Assembly (NCBI GenBank): GCA_004321885.1
Contig: SCQK01000001.1
Location: 1-55,574 of the forward strand
DNA length: 55,574 nucleotides
From: Patescibacteria group bacterium
GTDB taxonomy: Bacteria; Patescibacteriota; Patescibacteriia; Magasanikbacterales; GWA2-37-8
Direction: 5' to 3'
In this document: positions 8,422 through 17,712 of the stretch, one piece after another
Layout of the letters: each line of letters starts with the position of its first letter
Position numbering within the stretch: the first letter of the stretch is position 1
Made by a program: the position numbers and the translations under genes
The notes under the pieces: model-generated
Databases searched by the model: none
Told to the model about the DNA's origin: nothing
What the model saw: the letters and a program-made list of their open reading frames with translations, nothing else

Positions 8422-8958
8422 TTACTTGTTTTCCGCCAATTTCTTTTCTAAATAGTATACTTCCACTGCCACGCGTTTCACGCCAAACTTTCTGGCTTCA
8501 GCGCGGCTGGTGTTTAGCCAAATATCCAGGCGGCCATAGCCATAGCGCGCGTTCATGCGGTCGTGCACGGTAAAAACCTTGTCCCCGTAAAGAGACGGAA
8601 TTTTAATTTTGGTGCCAAACGGCAGCCAGTTGGCCGCGAGCATGCCGTCGTAAACCTTTTTGCCTGAAGCAGCCGTAAAAGGGTCGCTGTCGGTCTCTTC
8701 CACCGAGCTGGTATAGGCGGTGATTACGGCGCGTACTACTCTGTCGGGTTTAGGTTCTGCAACAGTCACCAAAGGCGCCGCCGGTCCAAGCTTCGCCATT
8801 ATATTTTGGCTATTGTCAGCCAACAATTCGGTATTCTTGGCAAAAATCGGCCTGACAGGGACAAATAGCGCGAAATTAGCCAAAAAAAATGCCGCGGCCG
8901 CGAGAACAGGCAGACTTTCAATACAATTTTTTCGCTTGGTTGAGCACATATTTGGCAA
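8422..8958 (-). CDS. 3D (Asp-Asp-Asp) domain protein, MltA/YuiC-like cell-wall-associated protein
   Basis: N-terminal TM segment. The C-terminal region VITAYTSSVEETDSDPFTAASG...DRMNARYGYGRLDIWL has the conserved Asp residues in the expected spacing. Confidence 0.65.
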   Translation of the reverse strand: MPNMCSTKRKNCIESLPVLAAAAFFLANFALFVPVRPIFAKNTELLADNSQNIMAKLGPAAPLVTVAEPKPDRVVRAVITAYTSSVEETDSDPFTAASGKKVYDGMLAANWLPFGTKIKIPSLYGDKVFTVHDRMNARYGYGRLDIWLNTSRAEARKFGVKRVAVEVYYLEKKLAENK

Positions 8959-9361
8959 ACAAAAAAGATACCCAATTACCTAAGGTATCTTCCTGCTTAT
9001 ATTAAAAGTATAGCACAAATTACCCTTTCCGTCAAGTAGGGCGGCTAAATTTAGGCGGCCATGCGCTCCAGTTTGCGCTCGCTCGGAGCATGGCGGGCGT
9101 GGCCGCCCTTGCTGGCTATCTGCCTTTTTTTCTCGGCGCTCATGGATGCGAATCCTCGCCTGGATACCGTGGTCATATAGTTTTTAATCCATACTTATTT
9201 AGTATGATATTATTATTATACAACAGCGCGCGGCCCTGTCAACCCCGCAATTTGAATTTTTCGTGTTCTGTTATATAATACTCACCAAATCCCAAGCCCC
9301 AATGACCAATTCCCAAAATGATTATTGGCCATTGGGATTTGGCCATTGAGATTTTTATTTT

Positions 9362-12184
9362 ATGCCTCTGCCTTTTCTTAAAAAACGCGAATACGGACGC
9401 GTGGATGAGAAGCCGCGCCGCCGGCTTTTGAATAAAAAAACCCTTAAAATTTTGATTTTGTCTGTTGTTTCGGCCGGACTCTTGGGTTTTGTGGCCCTCA
9501 CTGTCATCGCGGCTGTCATCACGCGCGATTTGCCGGACCCGGGAAAATTAAGCGAGCGTCCGGTGGCCGAAAGCACGAAAATATACGACCGCACCGGCCA
9601 GCATCTGCTCTATGAGATCTACGAGGGCCAGAAGCGCACTATGGTGGAGCTAAACCAAATCGCGGACTTTGCCAAAAAGGCCGTCATCGCCATAGAGGAC
9701 AAGCGCTTTTACGAACACAAGGGCGTACGTTGGATTAGCATTCTGCGCGCGGGCTTTAACAACCTCATCGGCCGGCGCACCGGCGGGGGCGGGGCCTCCA
9801 CCCTGACCCAGCAATTCGTAAAAAAAGTGGTGGTGGGGGACAAACGCACGATTTTTAGAAAAATAAAAGAGGCGGTGATGGCCATCCGCCTGGAAAAAAA
9901 ATACACCAAGGACCAGATTTTGAAATTATACCTGAATGAAATCCCCTACGGCTCCACCAACTATGGTATAGAAGCGGCCAGCCAATCGTATTTTCGCAAA
10001 TCAGCCAAAGACCTGGACCTGGCCGAGTCAGCTGCTCTGGCCGCGATTTTGCCCGCACCCAGCCGGTATCTAAACGACCTCAATGCCCTGCGCAGCCGGC
10101 GCGACATCGTGCTGAAACTAATGCAAGAGCAGGGGTATATAAACGAAGAGCAGATGGAAGAGGCGCAAAACAAAGCCCTGCGCCTGTACCGCAGCGCCGG
10201 CATTTTGAACGCCCCGCATTTTGTGCTGTACGTAAAACAACTTTTAGCCGATCAGTATGGCGAAAAAAAACTTGATACCGGCGGATTTAAGGTTATTACC
10301 TCGCTGGATTTTGCCAAACAAACATTGGCGGAAAAAATCATCAAAGAGCAGGGCGATAAATTCGCTTCCAGCTCCAATGCCAACAACGCGTCCTTGGTGG
10401 CCATAGACCCAAAGACCGGCCAAATCCTCGCCATGGTGGGCTCACGCGACTTCAACAACGAAGCCATAGACGGCCAGTTCAACGTGGCTGTGCTGGGCAA
10501 GCTCCAGCCCGGTTCTTCATTCAAGCCATTTGTGTATACGGCCGCTTTTGAAAAGGGTTACACGTCAGATACCGTGCTCTACGATGTATCCACCAACTTT
10601 GACAGGCGCGTCGGCGGCAAGTACCAGCCGAAAAATTACGACGGCAAAGAACGCGGACTGGTGACCATGCGCAAGGCCCTGCAAGGCTCTTTGAATATCC
10701 CGGCGGTAAAAACCCTGTATTTGGCTGGCATAAACTACACCCTTGATTTTGCCAAGCGCTTTGGCTATACGACTTTGAGCGAGAAAGCCGGATTGTCATT
10801 GGTCTTGGGCGGCTCGGAAGTAAATTTATTGGAGCACGCGAACGCCTACGCGACTTTGGCGAATAGCGGCGTGTACCACAAACCCGTCAGCGTGCTGAAA
10901 ATCACGGACCAGACCGGCGGCGCTGTGTATGAATGGCAGGCGAGCGAGGGCGACGAGGCAATCTCGCCGGAGCTGGCGGCCAAAATTTCCAACGTGCTTT
11001 CGGATAATGTCAGCCGCGCTTACATGTTTGGAACAAAAAACAACCTGGTTTTGCCCGGCCGGCCCGTGGCCGCCAAAACAGGCACCACGCAAAACAGCTG
11101 GGACGCCTGGACAATGGGCTACACGCCATCGCTCGCCGCGGGCGTCTGGGTAGGCAACACGCCCAAGCACTTGCCTATGAAAGCCGGGGGCAATACATTA
11201 GCCGGAAGCATTTGGAATAAATTTATGAGCGAGGCCTTGCAAGGCGCAGCCGTGGAATTTTTTCCATCCCCGCCGGCCAGTACCGCGACCAAACCGATTT
11301 TGCGCGGGGGTGAAAGCGGCATCACGCTCGCGATAAACAGCGCCACGGGCCGCATCGCCATTTCCACCACGCCTCCGGATTTGATTGTGAACCGCACCTA
11401 CCTGCCGCCGCATGATATTTTGCATTATGTGGTCAAAGACGACCCGAACGGCCCGGGTCCCCTAAACCCCTATGACGACCCGCAATATGAAAACTGGGAA
11501 ACGGCGCTCACTGACTGGATAGGCCGCCAGCAAAAAGCCGGACGCGAGCTGACCCTGGCCGAACCGCCCAGTGAGTATGATACTCCGGGCGACCCGGCGC
11601 TCTCGCCTGTCGTGCAAATAATTACTCCGGCCACCAGTTCCACTCTGACCTCGCGGCAAATAGACATACAGGTTAGCGCCTCGGCTCCGCGCGGGGTGAG
11701 TTTGGTGACGTATAAAATAGACGGGATAAAAATCGGCTCGGCCAGCCAACCGCCGTTTAATTATTCCTGGTACGCTAAAAATTTGGCCATGGGGCCGCAC
11801 ACCTTGGAAGTGACGGCCCAGGACGACCAGAACAACTGGACAGTAGCCGCGGCGGATTTTGATTTGCAGGCCGACTTTGATCCGCCAAGCTTTGAGTGGT
11901 TTGATGCTTCGCCTTTGGCGCTGAAAGCCGAGGACTGGCCGCGTGTCATGCTGTTGGACCCGTTCCGCTGGAATGAAACAAAAGAAATAAAAATTTACTT
12001 GGTGCCGGCAAACGGGGTGACCAAGCTGATTTACACTTTCAATCACGATGACACTCTTTTCAATGGAAAACTTTCCCTCACCTGGAAGACCTACCCGGGC
12101 GCCGGGCAGTATGATTTGAAGGGCGTGCTGACAGACAGCGCCGGCCGCGCCGCGGAGCGCGTCTTGCGCGTGGTGACGGAGTAG
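9362..12184 (+). CDS. mrcA: class A penicillin-binding protein (transglycosylase + transpeptidase) with a C-terminal Ig-like extension
   Basis: GT51 motifs (EDKRFYEHKGV, RxGGGASTLTQQ), transpeptidase motifs SSFK, SLN and KTGT, and a TM anchor. A TGnTATAAT extended -10 lies upstream at ~9273. Confidence 0.9.
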   Translation: MPLPFLKKREYGRVDEKPRRRLLNKKTLKILILSVVSAGLLGFVALTVIAAVITRDLPDPGKLSERPVAESTKIYDRTGQHLLYEIYEGQKRTMVELNQIADFAKKAVIAIEDKRFYEHKGVRWISILRAGFNNLIGRRTGGGGASTLTQQFVKKVVVGDKRTIFRKIKEAVMAIRLEKKYTKDQILKLYLNEIPYGSTNYGIEAASQSYFRKSAKDLDLAESAALAAILPAPSRYLNDLNALRSRRDIVLKLMQEQGYINEEQMEEAQNKALRLYRSAGILNAPHFVLYVKQLLADQYGEKKLDTGGFKVITSLDFAKQTLAEKIIKEQGDKFASSSNANNASLVAIDPKTGQILAMVGSRDFNNEAIDGQFNVAVLGKLQPGSSFKPFVYTAAFEKGYTSDTVLYDVSTNFDRRVGGKYQPKNYDGKERGLVTMRKALQGSLNIPAVKTLYLAGINYTLDFAKRFGYTTLSEKAGLSLVLGGSEVNLLEHANAYATLANSGVYHKPVSVLKITDQTGGAVYEWQASEGDEAISPELAAKISNVLSDNVSRAYMFGTKNNLVLPGRPVAAKTGTTQNSWDAWTMGYTPSLAAGVWVGNTPKHLPMKAGGNTLAGSIWNKFMSEALQGAAVEFFPSPPASTATKPILRGGESGITLAINSATGRIAISTTPPDLIVNRTYLPPHDILHYVVKDDPNGPGPLNPYDDPQYENWETALTDWIGRQQKAGRELTLAEPPSEYDTPGDPALSPVVQIITPATSSTLTSRQIDIQVSASAPRGVSLVTYKIDGIKIGSASQPPFNYSWYAKNLAMGPHTLEVTAQDDQNNWTVAAADFDLQADFDPPSFEWFDASPLALKAEDWPRVMLLDPFRWNETKEIKIYLVPANGVTKLIYTFNHDDTLFNGKLSLTWKTYPGAGQYDLKGVLTDSAGRAAERVLRVVTE

Positions 12185-12195
12185 CCACAAAACTA

Positions 12196-12225
12196 AAATC
12201 TCCCCGCGCGGAAAAATTTTTTACT
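12196..12225 (+). terminator. intrinsic terminator-like hairpin (ccgcgcgg) plus T-run after mrcA
   Basis: ctccccgcgcggaaaaatttttt. Confidence 0.4.
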
Positions 12226-13345
12226 GCCGTATCGGCATGACGATGTAGAGATAGCTGTCGTCGCCCTTGGGCGAGAGCACGCACGGGCTGTCGCCGTTTA
12301 TCACTTTCAGCTGGGTGGCGTCGGTTTCCATATTATTGAGCCCATCTAACACATAGCGGTGGTTGAGCAGGATGGAATTTTGCTCGCCTTTAACATCCGC
12401 GCTTAACTCGGATTTATGGTCTCCGGTCTGGGTGGAAGCCGAGGAAATAGCGACCAGCGACTGCTCGGGTTTTAGGTCAAAAGTAATGGCATTTATGCCT
12501 GTGGTGGTGAAAATTCCGGCCGCTTTTATCTCTTTGGCCAACTGGCTGGTGGAAAACTCGGCCGTGGTCTTAAACTCCCTGGGGATAATCTGTGTATAAT
12601 CCGGATATTGCCCTTCAATTAGCCGAGAAATCACCTCCACATCATTGTAGCGCAGAACGATTTGATTCTCATTTATCATCAAACGGGTGCTTTTTTCAGT
12701 CTCAAAACCCCCAATGAGGGCCAAAACCCGCGATAATTCCTGGGTGGTGCGGCCCGGCACGATAATTTTCACTTTTTCCTCGCCCTGGGCCAGCTTGATT
12801 TTTTTTTCAGCCAACCGGTAGCTGTCGGTGGCCGCCAAGGTCAGATACCCGGGCTTATCATTATTAAAATCAAACAAAATTCCGGAAAGCTCTGGCCTGA
12901 TTTCGTTTTTGCTGGCTGACTGGCTTACCTGATCCAGCCCTCTTTTTAAGATTTCCGCGTCCAGGGTAAAACCCTTGCCCTCGGTTACAGCCGGCAGTAG
13001 GGGAAATTCATCGGCCGGCGAGCCCTTGATTTTAGTGGCTGTTTTTCCGCATACCACTTCCAACTCGCTTCCGTTTAGGCTTAACTCCACTTTTTCATCA
13101 GACAATAAATTGACAAAATCATTCAAAGTGCGCGCCGGCACGGTGAAGGCCCCGGGCGCTTCTATTTTGGCCCGCAGTTGCGAAATGACGGCCACCTCTA
13201 AATTGGTGGTGAGCATTTCCACTTTCTGCTCGCTGGCCTTGATAAGCACGTTGCCTAATATGGGCAGACTGATGTTTTTTCCGGCTACGCCGCTGACAGC
13301 GGCCAGTGTGTGCGATAGATTCTCCTTGGTGCAGATAAATTTCAT
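12221..13345 (-). CDS. dnaN: DNA polymerase III beta sliding clamp
   Basis: Three-domain clamp architecture, with N-terminus MKFICTKENLSHTLAAVSGVAGKNISLPILGNVLI. Confidence 0.9.
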   Translation of the reverse strand: MKFICTKENLSHTLAAVSGVAGKNISLPILGNVLIKASEQKVEMLTTNLEVAVISQLRAKIEAPGAFTVPARTLNDFVNLLSDEKVELSLNGSELEVVCGKTATKIKGSPADEFPLLPAVTEGKGFTLDAEILKRGLDQVSQSASKNEIRPELSGILFDFNNDKPGYLTLAATDSYRLAEKKIKLAQGEEKVKIIVPGRTTQELSRVLALIGGFETEKSTRLMINENQIVLRYNDVEVISRLIEGQYPDYTQIIPREFKTTAEFSTSQLAKEIKAAGIFTTTGINAITFDLKPEQSLVAISSASTQTGDHKSELSADVKGEQNSILLNHRYVLDGLNNMETDATQLKVINGDSPCVLSPKGDDSYLYIVMPIRQ

Positions 13346-13564
13346 GACAGTTGGATTAAATATATTTATATAATAGTAATAATAATACTGTGGAAAAAGG
13401 GGATAAATGTCAAGAGTGTTTTATCTTAGCCAATTTTAAGGAATTTGTCTTGTGGATAATTTTTTACAACCTGTGCGAGAAAGTTGATAAGTTTTACCCG
13501 CTGGTTCAGACCCTGTGGACAATTATATTTTTTATCCACAACTTATCGGCCAGCCGTTCACAGG
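13346..13564. other. candidate oriC: DnaA-box cluster plus AT-rich DUE between dnaA and dnaN
   Basis: Perfect boxes TGTGGATAA (13450-13458) and TTATCCACA (13531-13539), near-boxes tgtggaaaa (13388) and tgtggacaa (13514), and the AT-rich run aatatatttatataatagtaataataata at 13353-13387. Confidence 0.6.
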
Positions 13565-14953
13565 TTACGCGCTCACGTAAAATTTCTGTTTGATAAACTC
13601 CATCTCTTGTTTTAAGCGCAAGTCGTTTTCTGTTTTTTTGCCGATTAGTTTGTCGGCGTGCATGGCTGTGGTGTGGTCGCGGCCACCCAACTCGTCGCCA
13701 ATGGCTGGGTAAGACATGTTTAGCTCACTGCGCATCAGGTGCATAATAATCTGGCGCGGCGCGGAGAAGCGCTTTTCGCGGCTCTGGCCCAGAATATCAC
13801 CCGAGGCAATGCCATAATAGGCGCAGACCGCGTCTATGATTTGTTGCGGGGTTACTGACCTCTGCATCAGCCGCGCTTCCATGCTGGCCAGCAAGTTTTT
13901 TACCGAATCCGGCGTGGGCTCGGTGTTTTTCAGTTGGTGGAAAGCCATGATTTTGTTGAGCGCTCCTTCCAGTTCGCGAATGTTTTTTTGGATAATGGTA
14001 GCCACCAGGCGCAAGATGTCTTCGGTGAGGGCGTAATTTTTCTCGGCGCACTTTTTTTGCAAAATGGCGATGCGAGTTTCCAAATCCGGCGGGGCTACAT
14101 CCACAATCATGCCCCACTCAAAGCGCGATTTCAGGCGGTCTTCCAGGGCCGGGATGGCCTTGGGTGGTCGGTCCGAGGTCATCACCACCTGCTTGTTCTG
14201 TTGGTGCAGTTCATTGAAGGTATGAAAAAAAGATTCCTGGGTTTTGTCTTTGCCGGAAATGAATTGAATGTCGTCTATGAGAAGCAGATCAATATTGCGG
14301 TAGCGGTTTTGGAAATTTTTGGCATTGCCTTCGCGCACCGAGGAGATGTAGTCGTTGGAAAATTTCTCGGCGCTGGCGTACATGACATTAAAGTGCGGCG
14401 CGTTTTTCAAAATATGATTGCCAATGGCTTGCAGGAGGTGGGTTTTGCCCAATCCCACCCCACCGTAAATAAAAAGCGGGTTATAGGATTCGCCGGGTTT
14501 GCGCACCACGGCCTGGGCCGCGGCAAAAGCCAGTTCAGTGCCGCTGCCGACCACGAAGTTGTCAAAAATATATTTGGGATTGAGGATGAATTCGCCGCCG
14601 GACTGACCCGTTGGAGGCGCCGGCGTTTCTAACGGGGTTTGGAAAGAATACTCGGCGCGCAGGGCGCCGGCTGCGGCGGCCGGCATGTTTTTGATATTGT
14701 AAATTTTGTATTCCAATTTTTTGATGGGCTTGCCCGTGATACGTTCCATTGATTGCACAATCATGTGGTGATACTTTTTTTCCAGCCAGGCTTTGTTGAA
14801 GGCGCTGGGCACGCAGAGCTCGGCCTGGTTGTCTTGGTAGTTTAGAATTCCGGTATTTTTAAACCAGGTCACGAAGTTTGGTTTAGAAATAGATAACTCT
14901 AATTCTGCCAGGACCGCTTGCCAGATGTCGGTGGTGTTCATACAAACATCCAA
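13565..14953 (-). CDS. dnaA: chromosomal replication initiator DnaA
   Basis: AAA+ Walker A GGVGLGKTHLL and a C-terminal DnaA-box-binding domain. TTG start. Confidence 0.95.
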   Translation of the reverse strand: MDVCMNTTDIWQAVLAELELSISKPNFVTWFKNTGILNYQDNQAELCVPSAFNKAWLEKKYHHMIVQSMERITGKPIKKLEYKIYNIKNMPAAAAGALRAEYSFQTPLETPAPPTGQSGGEFILNPKYIFDNFVVGSGTELAFAAAQAVVRKPGESYNPLFIYGGVGLGKTHLLQAIGNHILKNAPHFNVMYASAEKFSNDYISSVREGNAKNFQNRYRNIDLLLIDDIQFISGKDKTQESFFHTFNELHQQNKQVVMTSDRPPKAIPALEDRLKSRFEWGMIVDVAPPDLETRIAILQKKCAEKNYALTEDILRLVATIIQKNIRELEGALNKIMAFHQLKNTEPTPDSVKNLLASMEARLMQRSVTPQQIIDAVCAYYGIASGDILGQSREKRFSAPRQIIMHLMRSELNMSYPAIGDELGGRDHTTAMHADKLIGKKTENDLRLKQEMEFIKQKFYVSA

Positions 14954-14955
14954 GT

Positions 14956-14979
14956 GTCATTCCCGCGAAAGCGGGAATC
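14956..14979. repeat. palindromic repeat family A (GTCATTCCCGCGAAAGCGGGAATC)
   Basis: gtcattcccgcgaaagcgggaatc immediately upstream of dnaA. Confidence 0.8.
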
Positions 14980-15090
14980 TATTTTTGAAAGTTACCAATA
15001 CATTTTAGCACAGCGCTCCCGGTTGTCCAATACTGTCAAATCCGTTTGGGTGGATGAATTGTGGAAAAACTGTGCACAACTCTCTTCGCA

Positions 15091-15119
15091 TTGACATCCA
15101 AAAGCCGGTGTAGTATAAT
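15091..15119 (+). promoter_or_regulatory. sigma70-type promoter with perfect consensus TTGACA-N17-TATAAT, driving rpmH
   Basis: ttgaca (15091-96), 17-nt spacer, tataat (15114-19). The degenerate DnaA boxes gtggatgaa and tgtggaaaa lie just upstream. Confidence 0.6.
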
Positions 15120-15132
15120 CCTCGCATAATTC

Positions 15133-15321
15133 TTGTCAAATTTTATGTCCACCAAAAGAACCTATCAGCCAAAAAAACGCAAGCGGGCAAAATCCCATGG
15201 TTTTCGCGCGCGTATGAGCACCAGCAACGGGCGCACTGTGTTGGCGCGGCGCCGGGCAAAGGGCAGAAAGAAATTGACGGTGTCGGATGAGAGGCGCGGA
15301 AAATTACGCAGACACAAATAA
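15133..15321 (+). CDS. rpmH: 50S ribosomal protein L34
   Basis: [24 protein letters not shown]...[15 protein letters not shown]. The start may be the ATG at 15145, and there is a ~12-aa C-terminal extension. Confidence 0.85.
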   Translation: MSNFMSTKRTYQPKKRKRAKSHGFRARMSTSNGRTVLARRRAKGRKKLTVSDERRGKLRRHK

Positions 15322-15324
15322 CGT

Positions 15325-15349
15325 GAGCCCCCGTAACCGGGGGCTTTTT
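15325..15349 (+). terminator. rho-independent terminator
   Basis: gagcccccgtaaccgggggc followed by ttttt. Confidence 0.7.
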
Positions 15350-15355
15350 GTTCAC

Positions 15356-15456
15356 GTTCGCTGCCGGCGAATATGTTCTCGCTTTCCTCGCCCGCGAGGG
15401 CTCGGCCATCCCGACTGAGTCGGGATAAGGCGCTGCGAACACATTCGCCGGCAGCT
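15356..15456. repeat. composite nested palindromic element with a family-B core
   Basis: gctgccggcgaatatgttc ... cccgactgagtcggg ... gaacacattcgccggcagc, between rpmH and rnpA. Confidence 0.6.
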
Positions 15457-15510
15457 TGTTTGCTTCAACATGTACTCTGACTTCTTCGCATGGTATAATT
15501 ATCAAACATT

Positions 15511-15903
15511 ATGTTGCAACAAGAAAATCGGTTGAGGAAAAAAAGGGATTTTGATTTGGTATTAAAACATGGCCATTGGATGAGCGGCCGGATTTTGGCT
15601 CTAAAATATGTGGAGTTAGCCAAGATTCGTGATTATTTTCCCAAAAAAGAAGACCCTGATAACTTTGAAAAACAGCTAAAATTAGCCATTGTGGTGGGGG
15701 TAAAGGTGAGCAAAAGCGCGGTTAAGCGAAATCGGGCGCGCCGGCAGATGCGCGAGACAGTCCGCTTGCTTATTAAAGCCGGACGGATTAAAGTTGGGTA
15801 TTATATAATGGTAGTGGCCAAAAATGGCGTTTTGGGGGCAAATTACGCTGACATTAGCCAGGAAGTTGAATCTTTATTGCGGAAAATAAAAGTTTTGTCA
15901 TAA
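15511..15903 (+). CDS. rnpA: ribonuclease P protein component
   Basis: Basic protein with N-terminus LRKKRDFDLVLKHG, in the conserved position after rpmH. Confidence 0.85.
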   Translation: MLQQENRLRKKRDFDLVLKHGHWMSGRILALKYVELAKIRDYFPKKEDPDNFEKQLKLAIVVGVKVSKSAVKRNRARRQMRETVRLLIKAGRIKVGYYIMVVAKNGVLGANYADISQEVESLLRKIKVLS

Positions 15904-15909
15904 TGGTTA

Positions 15910-15965
15910 CCCTCCCCTATTAGGAGAGGCCTGCCTGCCGGCAGGCAGGGACAGGGGGTGGGGTA
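15910..15965. repeat. family D repeat carrying a second palindrome inserted at its centre (repeat within repeat)
   Basis: ccctcccctattaggagagg + cctgcctgccggcaggcagg + gacagggggtggggt. Compare the simple copy at 29768-29802. Confidence 0.7.
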
Positions 15966-16000
15966 TTCACGGTCATCCTAAATTTGTTTTAGGATCTCCA

Positions 16001-16273
16001 GTGGTGATTATGAAAAAAACACTAAATTTCCTCTTATCTCTGCCCCGAATCCCAATTTTATTTTTAATTAAACTGTATCAGAAAACTCTTTCGCCGGACC
16101 ACGGACTGCTCAAAGTATTTTTTCCTCACGGTTTTTGCCGTTTTCATCCCAGTTGTAGCGAGTATGGTTATCAGACAATCAAAAACCGCGGGTTAATTCG
16201 CGGTCTTCCGAAAACCATTTGGCGCGTCCTGCGCTGTAACCCTTGGGGCAAGGGTGGGGTGGACTGGCCTTAG
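16001..16273 (+). CDS. yidD: membrane protein insertion efficiency factor YidD
   Basis: HPSCSEYGYQTIKNRGLIRGLPKTIWRVLRCNPWGKGGVDWP. Confidence 0.85.
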   Translation: MVIMKKTLNFLLSLPRIPILFLIKLYQKTLSPDHGLLKVFFPHGFCRFHPSCSEYGYQTIKNRGLIRGLPKTIWRVLRCNPWGKGGVDWP

Positions 16274-16287
16274 TTGTTTGACAGAAA

Positions 16288-17349
16288 TTAATCAATACCG
16301 AGAACATCCCTTTTGAACTCATTCACACCAAATGCGCGACAAAATTTTTCTTCGGTGCCAATAAATTCTCCATGAGGTATCAGACCCTTTAACAAGGGTT
16401 TATTTTTTATTCTCTCCAACATGGCCAACGATGGCCGCCAGTCCAAACCTGCTGCTTCGGATAATTTTTTTAATTGATAACATTCCTGCCAAAGCACCAT
16501 CTTTTTCAGTCCTTCAGAATCTTTTTTTCTGATGTCGCGGTATGTTAGCTCGGCTTTTTCCGCCAACTCATCTATTAGATTAGCAATTTCATTCTCGTTC
16601 AACCACTTGCCATCGGCTTGCACGGCAAATCGCCTCAGTCCGGAGACGGGATTTCCAGATTGAACGAGAGTGTGACAGCCAACGCCGGCGATTTTCCATT
16701 CAACATTTTGGAAGATACGATATATAAATAGCTCCTTAATTGTTGATTGGTGTTTTTCGGGCCACAATTCTCGGGTTTGTAAGTTTGGGAAATGAGTTAT
16801 AAGGAGAACCTCGTTGCCTATTTTATATGGACCATAATTATCCCAGCCGTTATCAGTCGCAAGATCGTTGTATAGGCCGTGCACGAGCGAACCAGCGCTT
16901 GTTATCAAGCGGCCGCAGAGACGCGCGGATTCTTGTGAGCCGTTTTGCCAATTTATTCGAAGCAGGATTTGTGAAGTCTCTTCCTTATTATGGAAGGGCG
17001 CGCTGTTTTCCGCGAAAGGATCATTTGGGCTGCTTTCTTCAAGCATGCGCGCCAAAAAATTTGAAACAAAGTAAAAATCAGACCAATTTTTATTTGGCGT
17101 GGTGCGCCAGCTGGAAATAATTTTTAAGATTATGGCGCGCATGCTTGAAGGGGTAGGCAGAATATTGCGTACGTCATTAAATGTTTTTTTATCCGCCTCA
17201 ATTTTTTTGAGGCAATTACAAATATGTTCCACCCATAAATCATACCAAAGCGGATAGAAATGGAAAAAATCAAGCGGTTGGAACGCTTCTAAAACATTGC
17301 CCGCGAATGCTTGGTGCATTCCCTTGTTGAATTTATCAATCCAATACAT
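16288..17349 (-). CDS. hypothetical protein (353 aa), translationally coupled to the upstream swivel-domain gene
   Basis: Overlaps the upstream ORF by 14 nt. I recognised no motifs. Confidence 0.55.
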   Translation of the reverse strand: MYWIDKFNKGMHQAFAGNVLEAFQPLDFFHFYPLWYDLWVEHICNCLKKIEADKKTFNDVRNILPTPSSMRAIILKIISSWRTTPNKNWSDFYFVSNFLARMLEESSPNDPFAENSAPFHNKEETSQILLRINWQNGSQESARLCGRLITSAGSLVHGLYNDLATDNGWDNYGPYKIGNEVLLITHFPNLQTRELWPEKHQSTIKELFIYRIFQNVEWKIAGVGCHTLVQSGNPVSGLRRFAVQADGKWLNENEIANLIDELAEKAELTYRDIRKKDSEGLKKMVLWQECYQLKKLSEAAGLDWRPSLAMLERIKNKPLLKGLIPHGEFIGTEEKFCRAFGVNEFKRDVLGID

Positions 17350-17668
17350 AGACTTCTCCCTTGGTGCCGTCCACTTTTATTAGGTCCCCGTTTTTAATAA
17401 TAGCAGTGGCGTCTTTTGTGTTTACCACGCACGGGATTCCCATCTCTCGACTCAAAATTGCCGGGTGGCTGGTAATGCCGCCGATATCGGTGATGATTGC
17501 CGCGGTTTTTATCATGGCGCCAACCATGGTCGGGTCTGTTAAAACAGCGACAAGAATGTCGCCATTGGAAAAATTTTTTGTGTCGTCGCCGGAGTTTAGT
17601 ATTCTTGCCCGGCCTTGAGTGGTTCCCTGGCTGGCGGCAATTCCGGAAAGAATTTTTCTTTCGGTCAT
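17336..17668 (-). CDS. stand-alone PEP-utilising-enzyme mobile (phosphohistidine swivel) domain protein
   Basis: ILVAVLTDPTMVGAMIKTAAIITDIGGITSHPAILSREMGIPCVVN...GDLIKVDGTKGEVYVL matches the swivel-domain consensus, including the catalytic His in TSH. Confidence 0.75.
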   Translation of the reverse strand: MTERKILSGIAASQGTTQGRARILNSGDDTKNFSNGDILVAVLTDPTMVGAMIKTAAIITDIGGITSHPAILSREMGIPCVVNTKDATAIIKNGDLIKVDGTKGEVYVLD

Positions 17669-17712
17669 ATGCGGGAGTGAGTAAATTTTTTTATGCGACT
17701 ATTAAATCGGGC

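Noticed and set aside
14956-14979. Family A repeats as Neisseria dRS3 elements or evidence of Neisseria origin
   Set aside because: Only the ATTCCC-N8-GGGAAT architecture is shared. The gene content here (H+-PPase, AbiE, surface-protein types, dnaA-region layout) does not fit Neisseria.
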